Positions 37,801 through 47,007 are shown, counted from the first letter of the stretch. The stretch is DNA of 51,266 nucleotides from an uncultured Pelolinea sp. (GCA_964408645.1 CAYPAG010000002.1:1-51266), one strand, 5' to 3'. Numbers and translations: made by a program. Notes: generated by a model not told the origin, from the sequence alone.

Positions 37801-40101
37801 CCAAAGCATAGCGCGCCGGGTATTTCTGCCCAATCTCCAATCGAAACGCCAACTTCAAAGGTAGAGAAATTCGAAGTGATTGAACAACCGTCCACCCCTG
37901 GCCCATCTCAAACCAACGAAGAGGTCACCCCTATGGCACACATCAACGAGATCGAAGCCCTGATTCAGAGACTGCAAGCGCATCAATCTGAATTGTTGAA
38001 AACACACGAACAGTACCTGCAAAATGATAATTCGGCCAAGAAACTGCTTCAGCAGGTCACCAGCACGGAGCTCGCCATGCTGGCCGGAGAAAACGGCAAA
38101 TCCGCGGATGAACGCGCATTGAGCGCGGCTGAAAAGCGCGCTGAGTATATTGCCAGCCAGCATGAAGCCACCAGCAGCGCGCATCAAGCTTACATCCAGT
38201 CTCAAACCGAATTCACCCGCCAATACGCGGATCTTGTCCGCGGTTTGTTGGGAGGTATGCCACCAGTCAAGCGAGAGGTGACTCCAACCCCAAAAATCGT
38301 TGTAGAACAACCAGCGCAAACAGCGTATGTTGAAAACCCTATACAGGAGATCACCCCGCCAGCGGCAACTTTGGAAGCACACGCCGAGCCGATTGATAAA
38401 GCCCAGCCGGGCATCGCCGCGGGCGAACTGGAAGCATCTTTCCTGGCCATCGTCAGCGAAAAAACCGGTTATCCGGTGGACATGCTGGAACTGGGGATGG
38501 ATATGGAAGCTGACCTGGGCATCGATTCCATCAAGCGTGTGGAGATCCTTGGCGCGATGCAGGAAAAGTATCCCGAGCTCCCTTCCATTGAAGCGGAAGC
38601 ACTGGTCGAGCTGCGTACACTGGCGCAGGTGATCGGCGCGTTCAAACCGGCTGAGCGGGTATCCGCGGTCAGCGGGAAAACTGCCGCTGATAAACCGCTG
38701 GTGAAAATGGAACCAATGACTGCAAGCACTGCAGCCGCAGTGAACGATAACGAGATACAGTCTGCGTTTCTTGAAATCGTCAGCGAAAAGACCGGCTATC
38801 CGGTGGATATGCTGGAACTGGGAATGGACATGGAAGCCGACCTGGGCATCGACTCGATCAAGCGCGTGGAGATTCTTGGGGCGGTACAGGAGAGATATCC
38901 GCAGCTGCCAACCATCGGAGCAGAGGAACTAGTCGAGCTGCGCACCCTCGCGCAGGTGATCGGCGCATTCAAGCCGGAGCAATCCACACCAAGCGTAAAC
39001 CAATCCATCCCGGATTCGACACCTGCTCAACCGAAGATTGAAAAAATTGTGGAATCCACGGCAGTGCCAGCCGACGAGGTCAAATCCGCGTTTCTGGAGA
39101 TCGTCAGCGAGAAAACCGGTTACCCCACCGACATGCTGGAACTTTCGATGGACATGGAAGCCGACCTGGGCATCGACTCGATCAAACGGGTTGAGATCCT
39201 GGGGGCAGTGCAAGAAAAATATCCTGAACTGCCATCCATCAGCGCTGAAGAAATGGTGGAACTGCGCACTCTGGGTCAGATCATTGAGAAATTCAGCGCC
39301 GGCGGACAAACGCAGGCGAGCACGGATAAGGCCCCGGCTATTATGGCACAGGAAAAGCTTGCGACCATCGCGGTGATGCCGGCCGCCATTAAGCAGCTGC
39401 CCCGTCCAGACCTGGTGGAGGTCAAATATCCGCAGGGAAGCACGGTGCTGATCACTGCTGAAGACGCAGACAAAGCCGGGCATGTCGCCGGGAGTTTTGC
39501 CGAAAAAGGCCTGAAGGTTGGACTGATCCATCTGAATGGCAAGGGCTATGAGAAAGACAAGACCGCACAACCAGATGTCGATCATTACACGCTGGAAAAT
39601 TCCAGCGATGAGGAAGTCGCAGCCATGATGCAGCGCGTAGCCGCCGACCACGCGCAGGTTGTCGCGTTCCTGCACATCGAACCTGCCCGCAAGGGGGATC
39701 ATACGGAAGCAATCCATATCTCCCAAGAAGGCGAGCGCTCGCTGAAATCGGTTTTCCTGATCGCCCGCCACTTGAAGTCCCCGCTTTCGGATGCGGCGGC
39801 TCACACACGCCCCGCGTTCTTAACGGTGACGCAGATGGACGGCCAGTTTGGGTTGAATGGCTACAAAACCTCCGATCCGCTGCCCGGCGGTTTTGCCGGA
39901 CTGACAAAATCACTGCGGCAGGAATGGCCGCAGGTGTTCTGCCGCGCGCTTGATTTTCATCCGGAAATGGATGCGCAGGACGTGGCTGAGAAGATCCAGG
40001 ATGAACTATTGGATGCCGACCTGCGGCTGAGCGAAGTCGGCTACACATCCGAAGGGCGGTTTACTGTGGTGCTGCGTGAGGAGTTGGCGCTCAATGAATA
40101 A
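34897..40101 (+). CDS. PfaA/HglE-type iterative type I PKS/FAS: KS-AT-(ACP)x3-structural KR
   Basis: KS motifs DAACGSS, EAHGTGT and GHTKA; AT motifs FPGQGSQ, GHSFG and SAAFH; three ACPs with DLGIDSIKRVEI; C-terminal pseudo-KR (GLTKSLRQEWPQVFCRALD). Start ATG 34897 follows GAGGTAAGGA. Confidence 0.93.
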   Translation: MSTQNKKQPQSLNTTGVPVAIVGMAGIFPQAENLGRYWANIMGEVNCISEVPASRWSIADYYDPDPNTADKTYSKHGGFIPDIHFDPMEFGLPPNFLEVTDVSQLLGLVVARDALSDAGYPDKGKEILDRTGVILGMVGMSSKVIQPLLNRLQYPVWEKALRSSSVPEQEIPEIIEKIKLAYVGWNENAFPGAIGNVVAGRIANRFDLGGTNCIVDAACGSSLAAVSMAVAELSLGRADMMITGGVDTDNSVLTFLCFSKTPAFSKGDRLRAFSAESDGMLAGEGIGMLVLKRLADAEKDGDRIYAVIRGVGTSSDGYFKSIYAPRPSGQSKALRRAYENAGYSCQTVGLIEAHGTGTNAGDPAEFEGLREVFSVDNPNKQTIALGSVKSQIGHTKATAGAASLIKAALALHHQTLPATINVSKPNPTMAVEETPFYLNTHTRPWFARNDGAPRRAGVSSFGFGGTNFHIAVEEYASARKDFVRIHPTPYTVLLSADTPQSLLDVCRTNAADLSGEQAEAVLNRLDEASSNAVIPAGHARVGFVAISVEDAREKMAEAMKLLDANAGQASWSNPKGIFFRSSGVEAKGKTVALFPGQGSQYVNMGLELAVNFPLFREAFEQADTQVMNSRSQPLTNVVYPIPVFSDEDRKAQQESLTATENAQPAIGAFSMALYRMLSEAGFQADYFAGHSFGELTALWAGGALEDEAFLRLAAARGQAMSAPVESGKDTGSMAAVKGDLATISELIKDHAEVKIANFNSPSQVVIAGSTQGIKTVQSVLEEAGMSVYPLNVSAAFHTQFVGHAKKPFSEAIRKEKFRKPQGKIFSNSTAQTYPADPEAATELLSEHILNSVRFQEEIENIYQEGGRVFVEIGPKNILSNLVKDILGSKPHEVVTFNPNIKGDSDIQFRQAVLQLRVLGFALGNSDPHKTHRSTIKPAPSKVAVKLNGGLYTSEATKQKYEKALMRTTPKHSAPGISAQSPIETPTSKVEKFEVIEQPSTPGPSQTNEEVTPMAHINEIEALIQRLQAHQSELLKTHEQYLQNDNSAKKLLQQVTSTELAMLAGENGKSADERALSAAEKRAEYIASQHEATSSAHQAYIQSQTEFTRQYADLVRGLLGGMPPVKREVTPTPKIVVEQPAQTAYVENPIQEITPPAATLEAHAEPIDKAQPGIAAGELEASFLAIVSEKTGYPVDMLELGMDMEADLGIDSIKRVEILGAMQEKYPELPSIEAEALVELRTLAQVIGAFKPAERVSAVSGKTAADKPLVKMEPMTASTAAAVNDNEIQSAFLEIVSEKTGYPVDMLELGMDMEADLGIDSIKRVEILGAVQERYPQLPTIGAEELVELRTLAQVIGAFKPEQSTPSVNQSIPDSTPAQPKIEKIVESTAVPADEVKSAFLEIVSEKTGYPTDMLELSMDMEADLGIDSIKRVEILGAVQEKYPELPSISAEEMVELRTLGQIIEKFSAGGQTQASTDKAPAIMAQEKLATIAVMPAAIKQLPRPDLVEVKYPQGSTVLITAEDADKAGHVAGSFAEKGLKVGLIHLNGKGYEKDKTAQPDVDHYTLENSSDEEVAAMMQRVAADHAQVVAFLHIEPARKGDHTEAIHISQEGERSLKSVFLIARHLKSPLSDAAAHTRPAFLTVTQMDGQFGLNGYKTSDPLPGGFAGLTKSLRQEWPQVFCRALDFHPEMDAQDVAEKIQDELLDADLRLSEVGYTSEGRFTVVLREELALNE
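38428..39294 (+). repeat. Three tandem ACP-domain repeats
   Basis: Near-identical units at about 38428-38646, 38755-38973 and 39079-39294 (IVSEKTGYP.DMLEL.MDMEADLGIDSIKRVEILGA), separated by Pro/Ala/Thr linkers. Confidence 0.93.
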
Positions 40102-41845
40102 CCTTCAAAAAACGCCACTATTGGATAAGAATTCCGTGGTGCTCATCACCGGTGGAGCCAAGGGCATCACCGCCCGCTGCGCCATCCGGCTGGCTGAAGA
40201 GGCCGGCTGCAAATTCATCCTGGCTGGCCGATCCGCGCTGCTGCCAGCTGAACCCGGCTGGGCGGATGGCGCGCGCAACCCGGATGACCTGCAGAAAGCG
40301 GCGCTCGCGCATTTCAAAGCCCAAGGCGAAAAAGTCTCCCCGAAAGAGCTTCAGCGGGCGATTGGACAGGTTGTTTCTGCGCGTGAGATCAACGTGACCC
40401 TGGATGCCATTCGATCGTTAGGCGGTGAAGCGATTTATATCGCCGCGGACGTGACCGATCAGAAATCATTTTCAGAAAAAGTGAGAAAAGCCGAAGATCA
40501 GCTTGGGCAGGTTTCAGGCGTGATCCATGGCGCGGGCAATTTGGCCGACAAAAAAATCGAAAACAAAACCGGCAGCGATTTCGACCTGGTGGTGAATACC
40601 AAGGTCAGGGGGCTAAACTCGGTGCTGAAGAGCGTCGATCTTCAGAAATTGAAATTCATGGTCTTGTTTTCCTCTGTGGCGGGATTCTTCGGCAACGCGG
40701 GGCAGGCAGATTACGCGCTGGCCAATGAGGTGCTGAATAAATCCGCCCATATCTTGCGCAAATCCCTGCCGGACTGCCGGGTGATCGCGTTCAATTGGGG
40801 TCCGTGGGATTCGGGTATGGTCTCGCCACAGTTGAAAAAATATTTCGCAACCCGCGGCATCCCGCTCATCAATACCGACCAAGGGGTTGAAACGCTAGTT
40901 TCTGCGATCACAGCCAATGAGCCGCCGGCGGCGCAGGTGGTGGTGGGCAGCCCAATCTTTGGCGAGCATGAGGTCAATATCAACAACGGGCGACCGGTCA
41001 CGATCCACAGACGCATCACGCTCGAGGATAATCCCTTTGCCCATGACCACAAGATCGGCCCCAACCCGGTGCTGCCGGCAACTTGCGCCTCAGGCTGGCT
41101 GATCAGCGCTTGCGAAGCGTCTTATCCTGGCTGGCATTTTTCGCGATTGTTGGATTTCAAAGTCCTCAAGGGTGTTACGTTTGACGGGAAGATTCAAGAA
41201 TATGAAATAACGCTGGAAAAACAAGAGACAAACACTGGCGAAAAGGTAATTGAAGCGGTTGTCACCAGCGCCTCTGACCAAGGGCGGCGAATTTTCCATT
41301 ACAGCGGCACGGTGATCCTTTCACGCGAACTGCCGCCCGCGCCTGCCCATCCATCTCTGGGATTTGGCAACCTCCCAACGCTTAAAGGACGTGACTTCTA
41401 TGAGGACGGGACGCTTTTTCACGGTCCGCTCTTCAGAGGGATTCAGGAGGTTGCCTTTGACCAGCGCGAGAAAGTGATCACCAAGATCAACCTGCCATTA
41501 ATGAATGACCGCACCCAAGGGCAGTTCCCTGTGGGTTCAACCAATCCCTTCATCAACGATGCGATCGTTCAAAGTCTGCTGATCTGGAGCCAGGAAAATT
41601 ACGCGGCGCCATGCCTACCGTCGCGCCTTAAGGAATGGGTGCAGTACCGGCCGATACCCTTTGACGTGCCGATCTGGGCTGTGCTGACCGTCACCTACCA
41701 CAGCGAGCACGCGGTGGCTGGCGATATCCTGGTGATCGGCGAAGACGGCCGGGAATATTTCCATTACGTTGGGCTGGAAGGCACCATCAGCCAGCAGCTC
41801 AACCGGTACATTGGCAGAAAAACGAAGGCCTTGAAAGAAGGATAA
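40094..41845 (+). CDS. Ketoreductase plus PKS-type dehydratase (HglG-like / PfaA C-terminal part)
   Basis: KR motifs TGGAKGI, HGAG.LAD, FSS...GN.GQADYALAN and WGPW; DH motifs HKIGPNPVLP, LFHGP.F and DAIVQ. SD GAGGAG, with an 8-nt overlap with the upstream stop. Confidence 0.9.
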   Translation: MNNLQKTPLLDKNSVVLITGGAKGITARCAIRLAEEAGCKFILAGRSALLPAEPGWADGARNPDDLQKAALAHFKAQGEKVSPKELQRAIGQVVSAREINVTLDAIRSLGGEAIYIAADVTDQKSFSEKVRKAEDQLGQVSGVIHGAGNLADKKIENKTGSDFDLVVNTKVRGLNSVLKSVDLQKLKFMVLFSSVAGFFGNAGQADYALANEVLNKSAHILRKSLPDCRVIAFNWGPWDSGMVSPQLKKYFATRGIPLINTDQGVETLVSAITANEPPAAQVVVGSPIFGEHEVNINNGRPVTIHRRITLEDNPFAHDHKIGPNPVLPATCASGWLISACEASYPGWHFSRLLDFKVLKGVTFDGKIQEYEITLEKQETNTGEKVIEAVVTSASDQGRRIFHYSGTVILSRELPPAPAHPSLGFGNLPTLKGRDFYEDGTLFHGPLFRGIQEVAFDQREKVITKINLPLMNDRTQGQFPVGSTNPFINDAIVQSLLIWSQENYAAPCLPSRLKEWVQYRPIPFDVPIWAVLTVTYHSEHAVAGDILVIGEDGREYFHYVGLEGTISQQLNRYIGRKTKALKEG

Positions 41846-41847
41846 GC

Positions 41848-43263
41848 ATGACGCTGGAAAAGATCGGCCTGGAATTTCAATGTCTTTCCACCCCGCTGCT
41901 ACAGCAGGGATTGTATTTGCTGCCGGTTGGTTTTGAGACGTTGGATGAGGGGCGAAAGAACCTTGAATCTCTCATGCGCTCCCTTGCCGGGAGCAATTCA
42001 TTGGAAGATATCTGCGCGCAAGCGGTAAAGCAGGAGAACGGGAGTTCCAAATTCGCCGCGGTCCTGATGGGCGCGAACGCGGATGAATTCACCGAAGAAG
42101 CCGGCCGGGCATTTGAGGGGATAACGAACGCCATGGAGAATGGAAAAGATTGGCAGACCCCCAACGGCAGCTTTTTCTCACCCGATCCGCTTGGCCCGAA
42201 AGAGAAAATCGCTTTCGTTTATCCCGGTGCGTTCGGCACCTATGTGGGCATGGGCCGGGGCATCTTCAATCTTTTTCCAGGGTTGACCCAGGCGATGGAG
42301 TTACTCACCGATGACACGGAACGCGCCATCAACGCGGAAATCATCTTTCCGAAGACAAATGATGGAAAAGAAATCCAGACACTACAGGCAAAACTGGACC
42401 GCTCCCCAACCATGATGATCTCCAGCGGGATATGTTTTTCTTACCTCTATACAGTGATCCTGGGCGAATACTTTGCTTTACGTCCAGCTGCGGCTTTAGG
42501 CTACAGCCTGGGCGAAAATAGCATGATGTTCGCCGCGGGCATTTGGTCGCAGGCGGATGCCATGCGCACCTCACTGGAAACCTCACCGATCTTTCATGAG
42601 CGCGTGTCTGGCAGACAAACCGCCATTCGTGAGTACTGGGGAATTGATGATGGAAATAACGGCGAATCCATTTGGTCCAATTACGTACTGATGGCGCCAT
42701 ACGAGAAAGTGATGGAAGTCATTCAGCCGGGCGAGCGAGCGTATGTCACGCACATCAACACCCCGCGCCAGGTGGTGATCGGCGGGGACGACGCCGCCTG
42801 CCAGCGTGTGGCGGACGCGCTCAAGTGCATGCATTTGAAGGCGCCGTACAACCATGCCATCCACTGTCCGCCAGTGGCATCAGAATTTGAGCATTTTGTC
42901 CACCTGCACCATTGGCCGGTCGAATGCGAACCGGGCATCCCGGTGTACTCCGCCGCGGATTACCAACCGCTGAAGATGGAGTCCCGCGCCATCGCCGATA
43001 GTTTCGCCCGCATGTTGACCCAACCCATCGATTTTCCCCGACTGGTTAATCGTGCCTATGAGGACGGCGCGCGCATTTTTATTGAACTGGGCGCAGGCAG
43101 CAACTGTTCCAAATGGATGGACGCCATCCTGAAGGACCAACGGCATTTATCGGCCTCCATCAACCAGGTCAACGTGGACGACCACATCTCCATTTTGAAA
43201 CTATTGGCGAAATTGATCAGCCACCGGGTGTCTTTGGATCTGTCTTCATTGGTGGCGGCATAA
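41848..43263 (+). CDS. Stand-alone PfaB/HglC-type acyltransferase
   Basis: DWQTPNGSFFSP.PLG, AFVYPG, active-site GYSLGE, HINTP, HAIH and FIELG motifs; no KS domain. Confidence 0.85.
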   Translation: MTLEKIGLEFQCLSTPLLQQGLYLLPVGFETLDEGRKNLESLMRSLAGSNSLEDICAQAVKQENGSSKFAAVLMGANADEFTEEAGRAFEGITNAMENGKDWQTPNGSFFSPDPLGPKEKIAFVYPGAFGTYVGMGRGIFNLFPGLTQAMELLTDDTERAINAEIIFPKTNDGKEIQTLQAKLDRSPTMMISSGICFSYLYTVILGEYFALRPAAALGYSLGENSMMFAAGIWSQADAMRTSLETSPIFHERVSGRQTAIREYWGIDDGNNGESIWSNYVLMAPYEKVMEVIQPGERAYVTHINTPRQVVIGGDDAACQRVADALKCMHLKAPYNHAIHCPPVASEFEHFVHLHHWPVECEPGIPVYSAADYQPLKMESRAIADSFARMLTQPIDFPRLVNRAYEDGARIFIELGAGSNCSKWMDAILKDQRHLSASINQVNVDDHISILKLLAKLISHRVSLDLSSLVAA

Positions 43264-43278
43264 GACGCTTGACAAGCT

Positions 43279-44559
43279 ATGAATGAAATGACCAACCAAA
43301 CTCAATATCCTGTCTCAATTGATCGACATACTTCTCGGTTACTGACCATCCTGGATGGTGTAATCGAGCGCTCCACTGGGGTTCATCAAACGCTATTGGA
43401 GAACCAGGCAGCGGCGTTGCAGGCGTTCAATGCCTTATCTGCCGCGGTGCCGGACAAAGAACCTGCCAAGGTTGTCTTTTCGCGCCAGGCGCTGGAAGAA
43501 TTCGCAGCCGGGTCAATCGCCCGCTGTTTCGGTCCGGATTACGCTGTGCTGGATACGCGGCCTGCGCCGCGCATTCCCAACGGACGCCTGCTGCTGATTG
43601 ACCGGGTGACCGAAATATCCGGTTCCCGGATGCAGATCCAGCCGCCGGCCGGCATTGTCACAGAGGTGGACGTGCCCCTGGATGCCTGGTATCTGGAAGG
43701 GAATCCATATTCCGGGCTGCCATTGTCCATTCTGATGGAAATGGCACTGCAGCCCTGCGGCATCCTTTCTGCCTATTTGGGCACCTCGCTGGTCATCCCG
43801 CCTGAAAACCATCAATTCCGCAACCTGGATGGCTGGATCCGCACGCACGAGATGCCTGATCTGCCTGGGAAAACCATCACCAATCAAGCGCAGTTGATCA
43901 AATCGGTCGCCAGCGGGGGACTCTATCTTCAAACTTACCGTTTTTCTCTTTCCACGGATCAGCGGATTTTCCTTGAAGGCGAATCATCGTTTGGCTATTT
44001 CACGCCAGAGGTGATGGGCAGTCAAAATGGTCTGGATCAGGGTGTCAGATTGCCTGGTTTGATCGCGTCAAAGGATTTTCCACGCAGCTATTTGCTTGTC
44101 GAGGGTGTTTCGCGACAAGGCAAGCGCTTGCTGGATCTTTCCGACCGCACCTGGGTCAACCCGTCGGGCGGAAAGTTCGGTATGGGCGTCGCGGTAGGGG
44201 AGCGTGCGGTGGGTCAAGATGACTGGTTCTTTGCCAACCATTTTCATGGGGACCCGGTCATGCCGGGATCGCTGGGCGTGGAAGCCATAGTTCGTGGCTT
44301 GTCTACACTGGCGAAAGAGCGCACGGGAAAGAATGGAAAAACGCGACTTGCGCTCGACTTTCCTGCCGACCACCCGCTGCGCTGGAAGTACCGTGGGCAG
44401 GTGCTGCCATCCAATCGGCAAACAGTTTTTGAAACACACATTTGCCAGATTGATCCCGGTGCGGGCGAAACCAGGGTCAGCGCTCAGGCTGACTTTTGGG
44501 TGGACGGGCTGAGAATTTACACGCTTGAGAATTTATCCCTGGTGTTGAAAGAAGGTTAG
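43279..44559 (+). CDS. FabA-like dehydratase/isomerase didomain (C-terminal DH pair of PfaC)
   Basis: Pseudo-DH (EFAAGSIARCFGP, DAWY...ILMEMALQPCG, FRNLDG, no catalytic His) followed by a catalytic FabA-type domain WFFANHFHGDPVMPGSLGVE...WKYRGQV. Confidence 0.88.
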   Translation: MNEMTNQTQYPVSIDRHTSRLLTILDGVIERSTGVHQTLLENQAAALQAFNALSAAVPDKEPAKVVFSRQALEEFAAGSIARCFGPDYAVLDTRPAPRIPNGRLLLIDRVTEISGSRMQIQPPAGIVTEVDVPLDAWYLEGNPYSGLPLSILMEMALQPCGILSAYLGTSLVIPPENHQFRNLDGWIRTHEMPDLPGKTITNQAQLIKSVASGGLYLQTYRFSLSTDQRIFLEGESSFGYFTPEVMGSQNGLDQGVRLPGLIASKDFPRSYLLVEGVSRQGKRLLDLSDRTWVNPSGGKFGMGVAVGERAVGQDDWFFANHFHGDPVMPGSLGVEAIVRGLSTLAKERTGKNGKTRLALDFPADHPLRWKYRGQVLPSNRQTVFETHICQIDPGAGETRVSAQADFWVDGLRIYTLENLSLVLKEG

Positions 44560-44564
44560 TTAAG

Positions 44565-46163
44565 ATGAGTGAAAAATTGATGACAACATCCCTGGTTTGG
44601 CACGGCGCTGAGAGCCATTTCGCCCCGAGCGCAGCCGGGATCAGGCAATGTTTGTTGGCGTTCGACCAGCCTGTTTTTGCGGTGGTTGAAAAAGGAATGA
44701 CCCGTTTTGCCAACAGCGGTGAATTGGCATCCCCCAATGGCAAACCTGCCAATGTGGCTGGCTGGCTGCCGCCGCTGCCGCTGACCGCCCTGGGGGATCC
44801 GGGATTCTGCTCAACTTATGGTGTGAAATCAGCCTATTACGCGGGAGGTATGGCGAATGCCATTGCATCAGAAGAGATGGTCATCGCGCTGGCTAAAGAA
44901 GGCCTATTGGGCTCTTTTGGCAGCGGAGGACTTTCGCCTGAGCGGCTAACCAAAGCCGTGGAAACCATTCAGGCTGCGCTGCCTGATGGTCCATATATGT
45001 TTAACCTGCTGCACAATCCTTTCGAACCAGAGATGGAGCAGCGCGCGGTGGATATCTTTCTTCAATATGGGGTGCGTGCTGTGGAAGCGGCGGCTTATCT
45101 GCGCCTCACGCCCGCACTGGTTCAATACCGGGCCAGCAGTTTGTCGCGCAGACCGTCCGGTGAAATTCACATCGCCAATCATGTAATCGCCAAGATCTCC
45201 CGCCGCGAGGTTGCCCTGCTGTTTCTCAACCCCGCGCCGCAAAAGATGCTGAATGAATTGGCCGGCGCTGGGAAGATCACAGCCGAACAGGCGGAATTGG
45301 CCGCGCAGGTGCCCATGGCGGATGACATCACGGCTGAAGCGGATTCCGGCGGGCACACAGACAACCAACCTTTGGTGTCGTTGCTGCCGAGCATCATCGC
45401 GCTGCGCGACCGCACACAGCGCGAGAATCAATTTGCCGTGCCCGTGCGCATCGGCGCGGGCGGCGGCATCAGCACGCCCGAATCGGCACTGGGCGGGTTC
45501 ATGATGGGCGCCGCCTATGTGGTCACCGGTTCGGTCAACCAGGCCTGTGTCGAATCCGGCGCGAGCGAATATACCCGCAAGATATTGGCCGACGCGGACA
45601 TGGCGGATGTGAGCATGGCGCCGTCCGCGGACATGTTTGAAATGGGCGCGCGCGTTCAAGTGCTGAAAAAAGGCACGCTGTTTCCCATGCGCGCGCAGAA
45701 GCTGTTTGACATATACAACGCATACAACGCGATGGAAGAGATCCCCGCGGCAGTCAGGCAGGAGCTGGAAACCAAAATCTTCAAGCGGCCGATGGAGCAG
45801 ATTTGGCAGGATACACGTTCTTTCTTCGAACAGCGCAGCCCCGACATGATCGCCAAAGCCGAGGCCAGCCCCAAAAAGAAAATGGCGCTGGTGTTCCGCT
45901 GGTATTTGGGACTTGCCTCACGCTGGTCGCGCGATGGGGTGGAGGACCGGCGCATGGATTATCAGATCTGGTGCGGGCCGGCCATGGGCGCCTTTAATGA
46001 ATGGGCGCGCGGGACATACCTGGAGGATTACCGCAACCGACATGTGTCTGACGTCGCCATGCATCTGCTGAAAGGCTGTGCCTATGCTTACCGGGTGCAG
46101 GCGCTGAAGCTTCAGGGTGTTCAGATCCCGGCAGAAATTGAAAGCTACAGGCCGGAGGGTTAG
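44565..46163 (+). CDS. pfaD: PfaD-family FMN-dependent enoyl-ACP reductase
   Basis: YYAGGMANAIAS, AEADSGGHTDN, GAGGGI.TP, MAPSADMFEMG, FPMRAQKL and DYQIWCGPAMGAFN motifs. Confidence 0.95.
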   Translation: MSEKLMTTSLVWHGAESHFAPSAAGIRQCLLAFDQPVFAVVEKGMTRFANSGELASPNGKPANVAGWLPPLPLTALGDPGFCSTYGVKSAYYAGGMANAIASEEMVIALAKEGLLGSFGSGGLSPERLTKAVETIQAALPDGPYMFNLLHNPFEPEMEQRAVDIFLQYGVRAVEAAAYLRLTPALVQYRASSLSRRPSGEIHIANHVIAKISRREVALLFLNPAPQKMLNELAGAGKITAEQAELAAQVPMADDITAEADSGGHTDNQPLVSLLPSIIALRDRTQRENQFAVPVRIGAGGGISTPESALGGFMMGAAYVVTGSVNQACVESGASEYTRKILADADMADVSMAPSADMFEMGARVQVLKKGTLFPMRAQKLFDIYNAYNAMEEIPAAVRQELETKIFKRPMEQIWQDTRSFFEQRSPDMIAKAEASPKKKMALVFRWYLGLASRWSRDGVEDRRMDYQIWCGPAMGAFNEWARGTYLEDYRNRHVSDVAMHLLKGCAYAYRVQALKLQGVQIPAEIESYRPEG

Positions 46164-46175
46164 CGGTTGGTTGAG

Positions 46176-46934
46176 ATGCAAAAAGCAGCCTCGATGGACA
46201 ATCAACTTTTCCAGTGGCAAATGCCTCCGGAACATCCGGCGATCTCCACCGGGGAGATTCATCTCTGGCGTGTGAACCTGGAGATGATGCGGAAATTGCC
46301 TGGTAGTGCATTGTTGCTTTCTCAGTCAGAAAAAGAAAGATACCGTCGTTTAGTGTCGCCGCGGAAACGGGATGATTTCTGCGCGGCGCGCGCAGCGCTG
46401 CGGATGATTCTCGGTGGTTATCTCCAACTGCTGCCCAGAGCGCTTGGATTTGGGTACTCTGCTTCGCGCAAGCCTTATCTGGTTAATCCTTCTTTCGGGC
46501 AGGATCTGTGCTTCAACCTTTCCCATTCCGGTAAATGGATGCTCCTGGGTGTTTGTTTGGATGCTGAACTGGGCGTTGACATCGAGGAGGTCCGCATGGT
46601 CAACCAATCCTGGGCGCTTTCACATTTGTTTTCAGAAGAAGAACGCGAATTGATCAACAATCTGGAAATCACTGAAAGAGCAAATGGCTTTACACGCCTG
46701 TGGACGAAAAAAGAGGCAGCTGCCAAAGCGGATGGCACTGGATTGGCTCGTTATGCTTCGCAGTTGCGTGCAACCAGCCCATCCGGGATAAAGGCCGAGA
46801 CGCAGAGAGTCACAAGAGAAAATGGTTTATGGGTTATGAGCTTTGAACCCACGCCGGGGTTTTTTGCAGCGGCCGCTGTGAACATGGAAGAAGCTCCACG
46901 AGTCAAGTTCTATGAGTTCAACCCGAATTTCTGA
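46176..46934 (+). CDS. Sfp/PfaE/HetI-type 4'-phosphopantetheinyl transferase
   Basis: FNLSHSG, LGVDIE and WTKKEA..KA.G.GL motifs. The exact start is uncertain (about 46167-46200). Confidence 0.93.
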   Translation: MQKAASMDNQLFQWQMPPEHPAISTGEIHLWRVNLEMMRKLPGSALLLSQSEKERYRRLVSPRKRDDFCAARAALRMILGGYLQLLPRALGFGYSASRKPYLVNPSFGQDLCFNLSHSGKWMLLGVCLDAELGVDIEEVRMVNQSWALSHLFSEEERELINNLEITERANGFTRLWTKKEAAAKADGTGLARYASQLRATSPSGIKAETQRVTRENGLWVMSFEPTPGFFAAAAVNMEEAPRVKFYEFNPNF

Positions 46935-47007
46935 AAGGTAAAAAAAAGAAATGCAACCTTTACCCACTTGAATGGGTTAAAGATTGATACACAACAAATA
47001 AAGGCCT

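Noticed and set aside
38428-39294. Long near-identical repeats as CRISPR or mobile-element repeats
   Set aside because: They are in-frame ACP domains with synonymous differences. No short repeat-spacer array or transposase occurs in the window.
34897-46934. Calling the cluster a standard EPA/DHA (pfaABCDE) or heterocyst-glycolipid pathway
   Set aside because: It has no KS-CLF subunit, only one FabA DH pair, and no HglB-type reductase or glycosyltransferase, so the product cannot be assigned.
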